DNA of 58,102 nucleotides from an uncultured Alphaproteobacteria bacterium (GTDB lineage: Bacteria; Pseudomonadota; Alphaproteobacteria; Rickettsiales; UBA1997). Location: the NCBI GenBank assembly GCA_903937405.1, contig CAIZZE010000032.1, positions 1 to 58,102 of the forward strand, written 5' to 3'. Position numbers and translations under genes: made by a program. Positions 48,461 through 58,101 of this stretch are shown here, one piece after another; position 1 is the first letter of the stretch, and each line of letters starts with the position of its first letter. The notes beneath the pieces are model-generated. The model searched no databases. It was not told the origin of the DNA and saw only the letters and a list, made by a program, of their open reading frames with translations.

Positions 48461-48835
48461 ATGTTTGGCTTTTCCTTCGCAGAATTAATTTTGGTTATTC
48501 TCATCGCCTTGATTTTTATCAAGCCGAAGGATTTGCCCGAAATTGCTCATTTTGTGGGGAAAATTTTTTATCGCGCAAAAAGAATGTATGGTGATTTGAA
48601 GAAGTCGCTAAAAGAAATGGAAGGTGAGTTGGGAATTGATGAATTAAAACATGAGTTAAATCGCGGAATTGCTGAAGAGAAAGCCAAGCTGGAAGAAGAA
48701 ATGACAGTGATTGTTGACATGTATGGCAATGAACATCATGTGCCGAATGTAAAAAAAGTTAGGCCTGATTTAAGTGAAGAGGAAGTTGAGTTGGAAATTA
48801 AAAAGCACAATGAAGAGAATTTAAAACTTAATTAA
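48461..48835 (+). CDS. tatB: Tat translocase subunit TatB-like
   Basis: MFGFSFAELILVILIALIFIKPKDLP N-terminus followed by an amphipathic helix. Confidence 0.8.
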   Translation: MFGFSFAELILVILIALIFIKPKDLPEIAHFVGKIFYRAKRMYGDLKKSLKEMEGELGIDELKHELNRGIAEEKAKLEEEMTVIVDMYGNEHHVPNVKKVRPDLSEEEVELEIKKHNEENLKLN

Positions 48836-48839
48836 GATT

Positions 48840-49508
48840 ATGAAAAACGACAATAACATAAAACACAAAAATAGAGTTGCCAATCACGGCGAGGTTTTCA
48901 CTTCCAAAAGAGAAGTGGAAGCAATGCTAAATTTGGTGGATCAAGAAACTGTAAGAATTGACTCAAGATTTTTAGAGCCCGCTTGTGGAGATGGAAATTT
49001 TTTGGCAAAAATCTTGGAAAGAAAGTTGGGAGTGGTTGTAAAGCAATATCAAAAAAATCAAATTGAATTTGAAAGATATGCTCTAATTGCCGCTTCTTCA
49101 ATTTATGGAATTGATATTTTAGAAGACAATGTTGATGAATGTCGCCAAAGATTATTGCTAATATTCAGCCAAGTTTATTGCTCAATTTACAAAAACCAAG
49201 TCAGCCAAGTTTATCTTGAAAATATCAAATTTGTCTTTTCAAAAAATATTCTGTGGGGCGATGCTTTGAGTTTGAAAAAAGTTGACAACAACCAACCAAT
49301 CACCTTTTGCGAATGGTCGGCGGTTAATGGCTCAATGATTAAAAGAAAAGATTATCAATTTTCAGATTTGCTTGCCTATAAAGATTTTGACGAACCAAGC
49401 CTTTTTTCTGTCGGGCTTTTTTCTGATTTAGGTGAAGAAGTTTTAATTGCTAAAGCCAAAAAGGAATATCCTTTAACTCATTTTATGGAATTAAATAAAT
49501 ATGATTGA
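48840..49508 (+). CDS. DNA methyltransferase-like protein, SAM-binding half only
   Basis: HGEVFT, FLEPACGDGNFL, IYGIDI, ILWGDAL; no (N/D/S)PP(Y/F) motif in 222 aa. Confidence 0.8.
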   Translation: MKNDNNIKHKNRVANHGEVFTSKREVEAMLNLVDQETVRIDSRFLEPACGDGNFLAKILERKLGVVVKQYQKNQIEFERYALIAASSIYGIDILEDNVDECRQRLLLIFSQVYCSIYKNQVSQVYLENIKFVFSKNILWGDALSLKKVDNNQPITFCEWSAVNGSMIKRKDYQFSDLLAYKDFDEPSLFSVGLFSDLGEEVLIAKAKKEYPLTHFMELNKYD

Positions 49509-51021
49509 TTCCAGCAATAACTATAATCCTGATGTTCTCACTTGCCTTGCCAATCTTAGTAATGACGAGGTTTTTACTCCGCCAAAATTAGCTAATCAAA
49601 TTTTAGATAATCTTCCCAAAGAAATTTGGAGTGATAAAAATATCAAATTTTTAGACCCAGTTGCAAAATCGGGAGTTTTTTTAAGAGAAATTACCAAAAG
49701 ATTAATTACTGGCTTAGAAAGCCAAATTCCTGATTTGCAAACCAGAATTAATCATATTTTAGCCAATCAAGTTTTTGGAATTGCCATTACCGAAATTACC
49801 GCTCTTATTTCAAGAAGAACGCTTTATTGTGCCAAAAAAGCCAATGGCAAATATTCAATTTCTAGCGATTTTGCTGATGAAATTGGCAATATTAAATTTG
49901 ATCAAACCAATCACAGTTGGAAAAATGACAAATGCATTTTTTGTGGCGCAGGCAAGCTGGCATATGATCGATGCGAAGAACTTGAAACCCACGCCTATCA
50001 ATTTATTCACCACAACAACCCTGAAAAAATATTTAATATGAAATTTGATGTAATTATTGGCAATCCTCCTTATCAAATGAGCGATGGCGGATTTGGCAAA
50101 AGCGCCAAACCAATTTATCACAAATTTATTGAGCAAGCTAAAAAATTAAATCCGCGATTTTTGTCAATGATCATTCCTGCAAGATGGTATAACGGTGGAA
50201 AAGGCTTAGATGAATTTAGAGATGAAATGTTAAATGATAAAAAAATTTCTAAAATTCATGATTTTCCAAATACTAGCGATTGTTTTGCGGGTTTAAATAT
50301 TAGAGGTGGAGTGTGTTATTTTCTGTGGGAAAGAGATCACAAAGGTGATTGTGAAATTATTACTCACAAACAAAACGAAATCATATCTTCAATGAAAAGA
50401 CCACTTTTAGAAAAAGGTTTTAATATCTTCATCAGATATAATGAGGCGATTCAAATTCTTCACAAAGTTCAAAAGTTTAAAGAACAATCTTTTAGCAATA
50501 TTGTGAGTGCAAGAAAACCATTTGGCTTGGCAACAAATTTTGCTGATTTTTCAAAACAAAAAACTACCAAAGATCAAATTCTGCTTTATAGATTTGGTGA
50601 TAATGGTTTTGTGGATGAAAAACAGGTTCAAAGCAATCATAGTTGGATTAAGATGTGGAAAGTAATATTGCCATATGCAAGCCCAGGCGATGATAGCTAT
50701 CCTCATTTAATTTTAAGCAAACCAATAATTTCTGCTCCCAATTCTTGCTCAACCGAAACCTATATTGTTGTAGGGCCTTTTCAAAATGAGGGCAAAAGCA
50801 AAAATGTTGCCAAATATATGCTCACTTCTTTTTTTAGATTTATGGTTTTGCTGGCAAAAAGCACTCAACACATTACCAAGAAAACATATATTTTTGCCCC
50901 AATGCAAGATTTTCAAGAAGAATGGGATGATGAAAAATTATATAAAAAATATGGCATCAATGAGGAAGAAATAAATTTTATCAATAGCTTAATTAGGCCA
51001 ATCGAGAAGCATTATGACTAA
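49501..51021 (+). CDS. Gamma-class amino-MTase (Eco57I-like) with target recognition region
   Basis: DEVFTPP, FLDPVAKSGVFL, FDVIIGNPPY, MIIPARW. Confidence 0.88.
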   Translation: MIDSSNNYNPDVLTCLANLSNDEVFTPPKLANQILDNLPKEIWSDKNIKFLDPVAKSGVFLREITKRLITGLESQIPDLQTRINHILANQVFGIAITEITALISRRTLYCAKKANGKYSISSDFADEIGNIKFDQTNHSWKNDKCIFCGAGKLAYDRCEELETHAYQFIHHNNPEKIFNMKFDVIIGNPPYQMSDGGFGKSAKPIYHKFIEQAKKLNPRFLSMIIPARWYNGGKGLDEFRDEMLNDKKISKIHDFPNTSDCFAGLNIRGGVCYFLWERDHKGDCEIITHKQNEIISSMKRPLLEKGFNIFIRYNEAIQILHKVQKFKEQSFSNIVSARKPFGLATNFADFSKQKTTKDQILLYRFGDNGFVDEKQVQSNHSWIKMWKVILPYASPGDDSYPHLILSKPIISAPNSCSTETYIVVGPFQNEGKSKNVAKYMLTSFFRFMVLLAKSTQHITKKTYIFAPMQDFQEEWDDEKLYKKYGINEEEINFINSLIRPIEKHYD

Positions 51022-53527
51022 AAACCAATTCTTCCCAAAGCGCCCCAACCCCAATCCAACGATTTATGCTTATGAATTGCCAAAAGAAGAAACCAGAAAA
51101 GGGTTGTTGAAAATTGGTTTTACAGATCGCGATGCCAAAATCAGAATTGCTGAACAGCTAAAAACCAGTGGCATTGCTTATAAAATTGTTTTTGAGAGCT
51201 GTGCTGTAAAAAATAATGGCGATTATTTTACTGATCGCGAAATTCATAAAATTTTGCGCAAAAAAGGCTTTAAAAACCCTGATGGTGAGTGGTTTGAATG
51301 CAGGCTTGAAGATTTGCAAATTGTTGTGAATGGCATCAAAAATAATCAAGAATTTGCCACAGAAAGAAGTTTGGATTTTGCGATGCGACCAGAGCAAAAA
51401 GATGCGGTGGAGCGAACTTCTCAATATTTCTTAAAGTCAAAACAAGAAAATTCAAAAAAACCGTCTCATTTTTTGTGGAATGCTAAAATGCGTTTTGGCA
51501 AAACTTTTACCACCTATCAATTAGCAAAAAAAATGGGTTGGAAAAAGATTTTGGTTTTAACCTTCAAGCCCGCAGTGCAAAACGCTTGGCAAGAAGATTT
51601 GGAAAGTCATATTGATTTTGAAAATTGGCAATTTATTGCCAAAAACAATGACTTAAAAAAAGTTGATTATTCAAAGCCGCTTGTTTGCTTTGGCTCTTTT
51701 CAAGATTATTTAGGCAAAAATTCTGCTGGCGGAATTAAGGCAAAAAATGAGTGGGTTCATTCCACCAATTGGGATTGCGTGGTTTTTGACGAATATCATT
51801 ATGGAGCTTGGCGAGAAAACGCCAAAGACCTTTTTGAATCGGAAGATTTGGAAGAACAAAGATTTGCTGAAGGTGAAGGTTTGGAATTTTTTGATGATAA
51901 AAATGGAAAAAATAATATTGATGAAGGTTTGATGCCAATAACTACCAGCCATTTTTTATATTTATCGGGAACGCCATTTAGAGCCATTTCTTCAGGAGAA
52001 TTTATTGAAGAGCAAATTTTCAATTGGACTTATAGCGATGAGCAAAGAGCTAAAGAAAACTGGCAAGGCAAAAATAACCCTTATTTGTCGCTGCCAAGAA
52101 TGGTTATTTTAACCTATCAAATGCCTGATTCTATTAAAGAAATTGCTCAAGGCGGTGAATTTAATGAATTTGATTTGAATGTTTTTTTCCAGGCAAAAGG
52201 GAAATTTGAAAATGCTAAATTTGTTTATGAAAATGAAGTGCAAAAATGGCTGGATTTGATTCGCGGATCTTTTTTAGAAACTCAAATTGATAATTTGAAA
52301 CAAGGAGCAAAAAAACCTTTAATGCCGTTTTCTGAAGCTAGATTATTAGAAATTTTAACTCACACATTTTGGTTTTTGCCCAGCGTTTCGTCTTGTTATG
52401 CGATGAAAAATATTTTGAGCAAAAGACAAAATATTTTTTATCATAATTATAAAATCATTGTTGCAGCAGGAAAAGAAGCTGGAATTGGCGCTGAAGCATT
52501 AAAGCCAGTTATTGAGGCAATGGAAAACCCGCTTCAAACCAAAACCATCACTCTTTCTTGTGGAAAATTAACCACGGGCGTTTCTGTTAAACCTTGGAGC
52601 GGAATTTTTATGCTTAGAAATTCTTCCAGCCCAGAAACCTATTTTCAAGCGGCATTTAGAGTGCAAACGCCTTGGCAGATCAAAAATCCTGATGATAAGT
52701 CGCCAAACAAAATCGAAATTATCAAAGAAGAATGTTATGTTTTTGATTTTGCACCAAATCGAGCGCTTCGCCAAATTGCGGATTACGGCTGTCGCCTGAA
52801 TATTGATGAGAATAATCCTGAAAAGAAAGTTGAGGAATTTATCAATTTTCTGCCAATTTTGGCTTATGATGGAAGCTCTACAAAGCAAATTAATGCCGCT
52901 GAAATATTAGATATCGCCTTTAGCGGAACCACGGCAACTTTGCTTGCCAGAAGATGGGAGAGTGCACTTTTGGTTAATGTTGATAATGCAACTTTGTCAA
53001 GATTGATGGCGAGTGAAAAAGCCATGAATGCGTTGATGAGCATTGAAGGTTTTAGAACTCTAAACCAAGATATTGAAACAATTATTAATAAATCTGAATC
53101 AATTAAAAAAATTAAAAAAGAAGCAAATGAAAGAGATTTGAGCCCTAAAGAAAAAAAAGAATTATCGGATGAAGAAAAAGAATTTAAATCGAAAAGAAAA
53201 CAAATTCAGGAAAAACTGATTAAATTTTCGACTAGAATTCCTGTTTTTATGTATTTGACTGATTATCGGGAAAGAAATCTTAAAGATGTTATTATGCAAC
53301 TTGAGCCACAACTTTTTAAAAAAGTAACTGGATTGAATGTTGGTGATTTTGATTTATTGGTAAGTCTTGGAGTTTTTAACGATTCCTTAATGAATGATGC
53401 GGTTTGTAAATTTAAAAAATATGAGGATAAAAGCCTTTCATATGCTGGCTTGTGGAGGCATAAAGATGAGGATATTGGGTTATTTAACACCACTATTTCA
53501 AGCCAAGAATTTATTGAGAATTTATAA
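51014..53527 (+). CDS. GIY-YIG/T5orf172-like nuclease fused to SF2 helicase
   Basis: IYAY..LKIGFT..RI..IH..GEWF N-terminal domain; NAKMRFGKT, FDEYH, LSGTP, YFQAAFRVQT. Confidence 0.85.
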   Translation: MTKNQFFPKRPNPNPTIYAYELPKEETRKGLLKIGFTDRDAKIRIAEQLKTSGIAYKIVFESCAVKNNGDYFTDREIHKILRKKGFKNPDGEWFECRLEDLQIVVNGIKNNQEFATERSLDFAMRPEQKDAVERTSQYFLKSKQENSKKPSHFLWNAKMRFGKTFTTYQLAKKMGWKKILVLTFKPAVQNAWQEDLESHIDFENWQFIAKNNDLKKVDYSKPLVCFGSFQDYLGKNSAGGIKAKNEWVHSTNWDCVVFDEYHYGAWRENAKDLFESEDLEEQRFAEGEGLEFFDDKNGKNNIDEGLMPITTSHFLYLSGTPFRAISSGEFIEEQIFNWTYSDEQRAKENWQGKNNPYLSLPRMVILTYQMPDSIKEIAQGGEFNEFDLNVFFQAKGKFENAKFVYENEVQKWLDLIRGSFLETQIDNLKQGAKKPLMPFSEARLLEILTHTFWFLPSVSSCYAMKNILSKRQNIFYHNYKIIVAAGKEAGIGAEALKPVIEAMENPLQTKTITLSCGKLTTGVSVKPWSGIFMLRNSSSPETYFQAAFRVQTPWQIKNPDDKSPNKIEIIKEECYVFDFAPNRALRQIADYGCRLNIDENNPEKKVEEFINFLPILAYDGSSTKQINAAEILDIAFSGTTATLLARRWESALLVNVDNATLSRLMASEKAMNALMSIEGFRTLNQDIETIINKSESIKKIKKEANERDLSPKEKKELSDEEKEFKSKRKQIQEKLIKFSTRIPVFMYLTDYRERNLKDVIMQLEPQLFKKVTGLNVGDFDLLVSLGVFNDSLMNDAVCKFKKYEDKSLSYAGLWRHKDEDIGLFNTTISSQEFIENL

Positions 53528-53575
53528 GAAAAAATTACGATAGATAATACAATACCAAATCCCATCTTTAATTAA

Positions 53576-54391
53576 TTAATTTAAATCGAACACCATTCCC
53601 ACCGTCACGCTGCGATTCACTAAATTTGTCGCCACATGTTTATCATCTTCCTCATATCTTCTTTTTTCAAAAGTATGGCGTAACTCTAAAGACATACGAT
53701 CACTAATTCGATAAACCAAGCTACTCTTCAATTCATTATCCATACTTTCATGATCAAGAAACCAATAGCCGCGTTGGGTTAGAGTCAGATTTTTTGTAAT
53801 CTTGAAATTGGTTCTAATTGATGGAATTATATCAATTTCATGTCCATAAGTTTTTATATCGTGATAGCCGATGCTAATGTCAAACTCGAGTTTCTCTTTA
53901 AAAAACATCCGTCCCAAACCAATAGCGGTATGTAAATCATAATAAAATTTGGAAAGATCGTCATACATTGTGCGGTGAAAAAACACGCCGTAATTTTCGC
54001 TGTCTTTGATTCGCACTTTGCTGGAAAGAGAAAGGTCATAAAGCTCGGATTTTTTCACATCATAACGTTTATTTTTTGCGCTGCCGCTATCGCTATATTT
54101 ATTCTCATTTTGGAAGTTTATCTCATGAATATAATTGCTGCTTTGGTAAAGATAACGCGCGTTTAAATCGTAGCTTTTGGAATTGTAATCCGATGAATAA
54201 TTGCCACCAAAAGATAAATATTTTTTAGCGCTGCTGGTTTTATAAAGGCGTTTTGATCTAGGCGACACAACCGCTTCACGATTGGCTTCAGAGTCAACAG
54301 CAAAAGCTTCTTCTGGAAGTTGTAGGGAAACGAAGGAAAGGAAAAAAATAGTGAAAGCGTGGTGACGCATATAGGTTTTCGGGTTTAACAC
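53576..54391 (-). CDS. DUF481-like outer membrane beta-barrel protein
   Basis: Signal peptide, alternating aromatic strands, C-terminal VGMVFDLN. Confidence 0.6.
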   Translation of the reverse strand: MLNPKTYMRHHAFTIFFLSFVSLQLPEEAFAVDSEANREAVVSPRSKRLYKTSSAKKYLSFGGNYSSDYNSKSYDLNARYLYQSSNYIHEINFQNENKYSDSGSAKNKRYDVKKSELYDLSLSSKVRIKDSENYGVFFHRTMYDDLSKFYYDLHTAIGLGRMFFKEKLEFDISIGYHDIKTYGHEIDIIPSIRTNFKITKNLTLTQRGYWFLDHESMDNELKSSLVYRISDRMSLELRHTFEKRRYEEDDKHVATNLVNRSVTVGMVFDLN

Positions 54392-54424
54392 TTACTTTTA
54401 GCAAACGTGTGTGAATTGCGCTAA

Positions 54425-54454
54425 CTTCGCTTGAGGTTTTAAACTCAAGCGAAG
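54425..54454. terminator. Intergenic hairpin
   Basis: CTTCGCTTGAG-n8-CTCAAGCGAAG, just downstream of 54464..54763. Confidence 0.55.
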
Positions 54455-54463
54455 GCTTTTATA

Positions 54464-54763
54464 TTACTGCTTAAGTGGCGCGTTTGGTGTTGGGTGTTGT
54501 GGGTTAGTATCAAGGTTATCCATTGGCGCTGCATCTTGTGGAGTGGCTGCTTGAGAAGCTTCTAAGTTTTCGCCACTTTCATCAAGAGTAACGCTATTTT
54601 CGTTAATATTTTCGTTAGATAAATCTGGTAATTCTACTTCTTCTTCTTTTGCTTCAAAAAGCCAGCTTGCGTGGCTTTTAACTGAATCTGAATATTTTAC
54701 GCCGGCAAAAAATGAGAAAATTAACAAAGTTAAAACTACAATTAATTCGATTGTTTTGACCAT
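54464..54763 (-). CDS. Hypothetical membrane-anchored protein with acidic disordered tail
   Basis: N-terminal TM followed by E/N/P-rich low complexity. Confidence 0.65.
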   Translation of the reverse strand: MVKTIELIVVLTLLIFSFFAGVKYSDSVKSHASWLFEAKEEEVELPDLSNENINENSVTLDESGENLEASQAATPQDAAPMDNLDTNPQHPTPNAPLKQ

Positions 54764-54882
54764 AAGTTTATTTTTTTAATAAGTTGTTTTGCCTAGAGCG
54801 GTGCAGCTTGGCGCTGTTTAGTTTTTTTTAAGAACTGTGGGAAAATAAATTGCACTTATTTCTAAAGCAATGAGTTTTTTTC

Positions 54883-56139
54883 TTAAACCACCATCAAAAT
54901 CGGATGCTCAATATAACGACGCAATGCTTTCAAAAATTCTGCACCCACAGAACCATCAACGGAGCGATGATCTGAAGATAAAGTTACATTCATCATGGAA
55001 GCGATTTTAATTTGACCATGATCAACGATTGGTTTGTCAACCGCGCGTGCAACAGCTAGAATACAGCTTTGTGGTGGGTTTACAATTGCTGAGAAATTAT
55101 CAATTCCAAACATTCCTAAATTAGAAATGCTAAAAGAACCGCCTTGGAATTCTTCCGGTTGCAATTTGCCATCACGGGCTTTTTTAGCCAATTGTTTGGT
55201 TTCAGTTGAAATTGTCTGAATAGTTTTTTGATCAGCGTTTTTGATGATTGGAGTAATCAAGCCGCCATCAATTGCCACGGCCATTGAGATGTCGATATTA
55301 TTGTAAATTAAAACTGCATCATCAGTCCAAGAAGAATTGGCTTCCGGAACTTTTTTCAAAGACATTGCGACTGCTTTAATAATCAAATCATTGACTGAAA
55401 TTTTGTAAGCTGGATTGCCGTTTTCATCGTGAGGCGCAACTTCATTTAAAGCTGAACGCAGCTCTTGAAGCTTGCTGATATTGAATTCACAAGAAAGATA
55501 AAAATGTGGAACTGTTTGTTTCGATTCCAAAAGTCTTTTAGCAATAACTTTGCGCATGTTGTTATTTTTAACTGCGTAGGTTTCTTGCGGATTGCGGCGA
55601 ACCACACCTTTAGCGGCTCCACCGCTATTGATGAATCCTAAAACATCTTCTTTAATAATTCTGCCGTGAGGGCCGGAACCATTGATTTGAGATAGTGTAA
55701 CGCCTTCATCTTTAGCGATTCTTTTTGCAAGCGGACTAGCTTTTACATGAGATGAAAAGCTTGCAGATGATTGATTTTGTTGAGCCGCTGGCGCATTAGC
55801 TACAGTTTTTTCTTCTTTTTTCTCTTCTGCTTTCGGAGCTGCGACCGCGGTTGGAGCAGCTTTTGAGGCATAATTTTCTAAAGCTTTTTTATCTTCGCCA
55901 TCTTCTAAAATTAATGCGATGCATGAATTTACAGCAACATTTTCAGTGCCTTCATTGACTAGAATTTTTCCTAAAATTCCTTCATCAACTGCTTCAACTT
56001 CCATAGTTGCTTTATCGGTTTCGATCTCTGCAATTACTTCGCCGGCTTTGATTTTATCGCCTTCTTTTTTTACCCATTTTGCAAGATTTCCCTCTTTCAT
56101 TGTTGGAGAAAGAGCAGGCATGAGAATTTCAATTGGCAT
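54883..56139 (-). CDS. pdhC: Pyruvate dehydrogenase E2 dihydrolipoamide acetyltransferase
   Basis: [13 protein letters not shown] lipoyl site, ASPLAKR, DHRSVDG. Confidence 0.96.
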   Translation of the reverse strand: MPIEILMPALSPTMKEGNLAKWVKKEGDKIKAGEVIAEIETDKATMEVEAVDEGILGKILVNEGTENVAVNSCIALILEDGEDKKALENYASKAAPTAVAAPKAEEKKEEKTVANAPAAQQNQSSASFSSHVKASPLAKRIAKDEGVTLSQINGSGPHGRIIKEDVLGFINSGGAAKGVVRRNPQETYAVKNNNMRKVIAKRLLESKQTVPHFYLSCEFNISKLQELRSALNEVAPHDENGNPAYKISVNDLIIKAVAMSLKKVPEANSSWTDDAVLIYNNIDISMAVAIDGGLITPIIKNADQKTIQTISTETKQLAKKARDGKLQPEEFQGGSFSISNLGMFGIDNFSAIVNPPQSCILAVARAVDKPIVDHGQIKIASMMNVTLSSDHRSVDGSVGAEFLKALRRYIEHPILMVV

Positions 56140-56202
56140 GTGTTAAATTTGATTTTGTTTAAAGGAATAAAAAGAAACTATTTTTTGCGATGCAAAAGTA
56201 AA

Positions 56203-57204
56203 TTATTTTCTGGTGTCAAATGCATCACGAAGTGCTTCGCCGATAAAAACAAGCAAAGTTAAAATTGTGGTAATGGTTACAAATCCACTAATTCCAAGCC
56301 AGTAAGCATTTAAATTGTTTTTTCCTTGAGCTAATAATTCGCCCAAAGATGGCGATCCGATTGGTAATCCGAGGCCGAGAAAATCGAGTGAAGTTAGAGT
56401 TGCAATTGAGCCGGCGAGTAAAAATGGTAAATTGGCGAGAATCACGGGCGAGGCATTTGGTAAAATATGGCGAAAAATAATTCGCGAATTACTAGCTCCC
56501 AAAGCTTTGCTGGCTCTGACGAAATCGAAATTGCGTAATCTTAAAAACTCAGCTCGCACGTAACTTACTAAAGACATCCAACTGAAAAATAGCATTAAGA
56601 TTAAAAGTGTAAAAAAGCTGGGCGTGATTATTGAAGATAAAATTATCAGTAAAAATAAAACCGGCATGCTCGACCAGATTTCTAAGAAGCGTTGTAAAAT
56701 AAGGTCGCAAAGGCCACCGAAATATCCTTGAATTGCACCTAAGAAAATTCCCAAAATTGCGCTGAAGAAAGTTAAAGTTAGTCCAAAAATTAGAGAAATT
56801 CTGATGCCGTAAATTACGCGCGCTAAAACGTCGCGGCCATTGTCATCAGTGCCAAGAAGATTAGTGAATGTTGGTTTAGAAGGAGCGGGAGTCTTGATGT
56901 TAAAATTGATGGTGTGGTAAGAAAATGGGATTGGGGCAAAAACCATCCAGCCGTTTTTGTTGATTAATTCTTGAACTGCCGGGTCACGAAAATCGGTTTG
57001 GGTTTCAAACTCGCCGCCAAAGTTTTTTTCAGGAATATTTTGAATTATCGGGAAATAAAATTTGTTGTTGAAGTGGACAACCAAAGGTTTGTCATTGGCC
57101 AAAAATTCAGCAAAAACTGTGACCAAAAAAATCGTGGCTAAAATTATAAATGAAAAATAGCCACGCCGGTTTTTTTTAAATTTCTTGGTGAATGTTTGTG
57201 ACAT
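56203..57204 (-). CDS. yejE: Peptide ABC transporter permease (YejE-like)
   Basis: FKKNRRG, LGTDDNGRDVLAR, RHILPN, FIGEALRDAFD. Confidence 0.85.
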   Translation of the reverse strand: MSQTFTKKFKKNRRGYFSFIILATIFLVTVFAEFLANDKPLVVHFNNKFYFPIIQNIPEKNFGGEFETQTDFRDPAVQELINKNGWMVFAPIPFSYHTINFNIKTPAPSKPTFTNLLGTDDNGRDVLARVIYGIRISLIFGLTLTFFSAILGIFLGAIQGYFGGLCDLILQRFLEIWSSMPVLFLLIILSSIITPSFFTLLILMLFFSWMSLVSYVRAEFLRLRNFDFVRASKALGASNSRIIFRHILPNASPVILANLPFLLAGSIATLTSLDFLGLGLPIGSPSLGELLAQGKNNLNAYWLGISGFVTITTILTLLVFIGEALRDAFDTRK

Positions 57205-57213
57205 TTGGGTTTG

Positions 57214-58101
57214 CTAGTTGGTATAGCGGATAAGAACAATACCGCTGCCGCCAATACCACTGTTGGCGCCACCGCCGGTGTTATTCATGGCTGCTGCAGG
57301 TGTTGTGTTATTGCCTGTTCCATTGGCACCACCACCGGCACTCGCAGTTCCGCCAGCTCCACCGTTTGCAATTTTTCCGCTCCCACCTCCACCGCTGGCA
57401 AACCAACCGTTATGTCCGAAATTGGTTGAGAAGATGCTACTGTAATTTACACTTGGACCACCATTCCCTCCGGTATATGAGCCAGCTGGATTACTTCCTG
57501 CGCCAGCACCACCAACACCCCAACCAGCACCACCACCAGCTACTACCAGAACTTTTGCTGTCAAGTTTTTAGTACGGGTAAGTGTTGCGCTGCCGGAAGT
57601 AAAGGCGTGAATAACATCTCCGGTATAGGCAGTTGTATTAATTATGTTGCCACCGGTACAAGACAGGATGATACAGTTATTGACCAAATTACTCAAAGAA
57701 CCACCAGAGCAGGTATAAGTAATAGACCCGCTGGCGCCACTAGCATTACAGGATAAAGTCGTTGAATTAGCATTAACTTTGGTTCCATTTATGATTCCAC
57801 TTACCCCAGTTATTGTACATTGCAAGCCACATCCTCCACTTCCATCTGAAGCATAACCATTCGCAGTATCACATGTTGAACATCCATCACCAGTATATCC
57901 AGTTGCACATGAGCATGTTCCCGTGATTGAGGTTCCGCCGGAACAAGTATAAGCATAGCCGCTACTTGAGTAATGACTTCCGGTGTTGCAATTTATTATT
58001 CCTGATCCCGATGATACTGTTCCTGTGCTTGGGCTTCCTCCAGTTACTGTGTAACTACAATTCGAAATACATACTCCGCCCGATAAAGAATATCCAGCTC
58101 C
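57214..58101 (-). CDS. Cys-rich EGF/laminin-like protein with Gly-rich C-terminal domain (5' truncated by window)
   Basis: The frame stays open from 57825 to the window edge: ...YTCSGGTSITGTCSCATGYTGDGCSTCDTANGY...; C-terminal VLVVAGGGAG...GGSGIVLIRY. Confidence 0.85.
   Translation of the reverse strand, partial: GAGYSLSGGVCISNCSYTVTGGSPSTGTVSSGSGIINCNTGSHYSSSGYAYTCSGGTSITGTCSCATGYTGDGCSTCDTANGYASDGSGGCGLQCTITGVSGIINGTKVNANSTTLSCNASGASGSITYTCSGGSLSNLVNNCIILSCTGGNIINTTAYTGDVIHAFTSGSATLTRTKNLTAKVLVVAGGGAGWGVGGAGAGSNPAGSYTGGNGGPSVNYSSIFSTNFGHNGWFASGGGGSGKIANGGAGGTASAGGGANGTGNNTTPAAAMNNTGGGANSGIGGSGIVLIRYTN

Noticed and set aside
48840-51021. A single MTase split by a frameshift
   Set aside because: Both ORFs carry their own motif X and motif I regions, so they are paralogous rather than consecutive parts of one gene.
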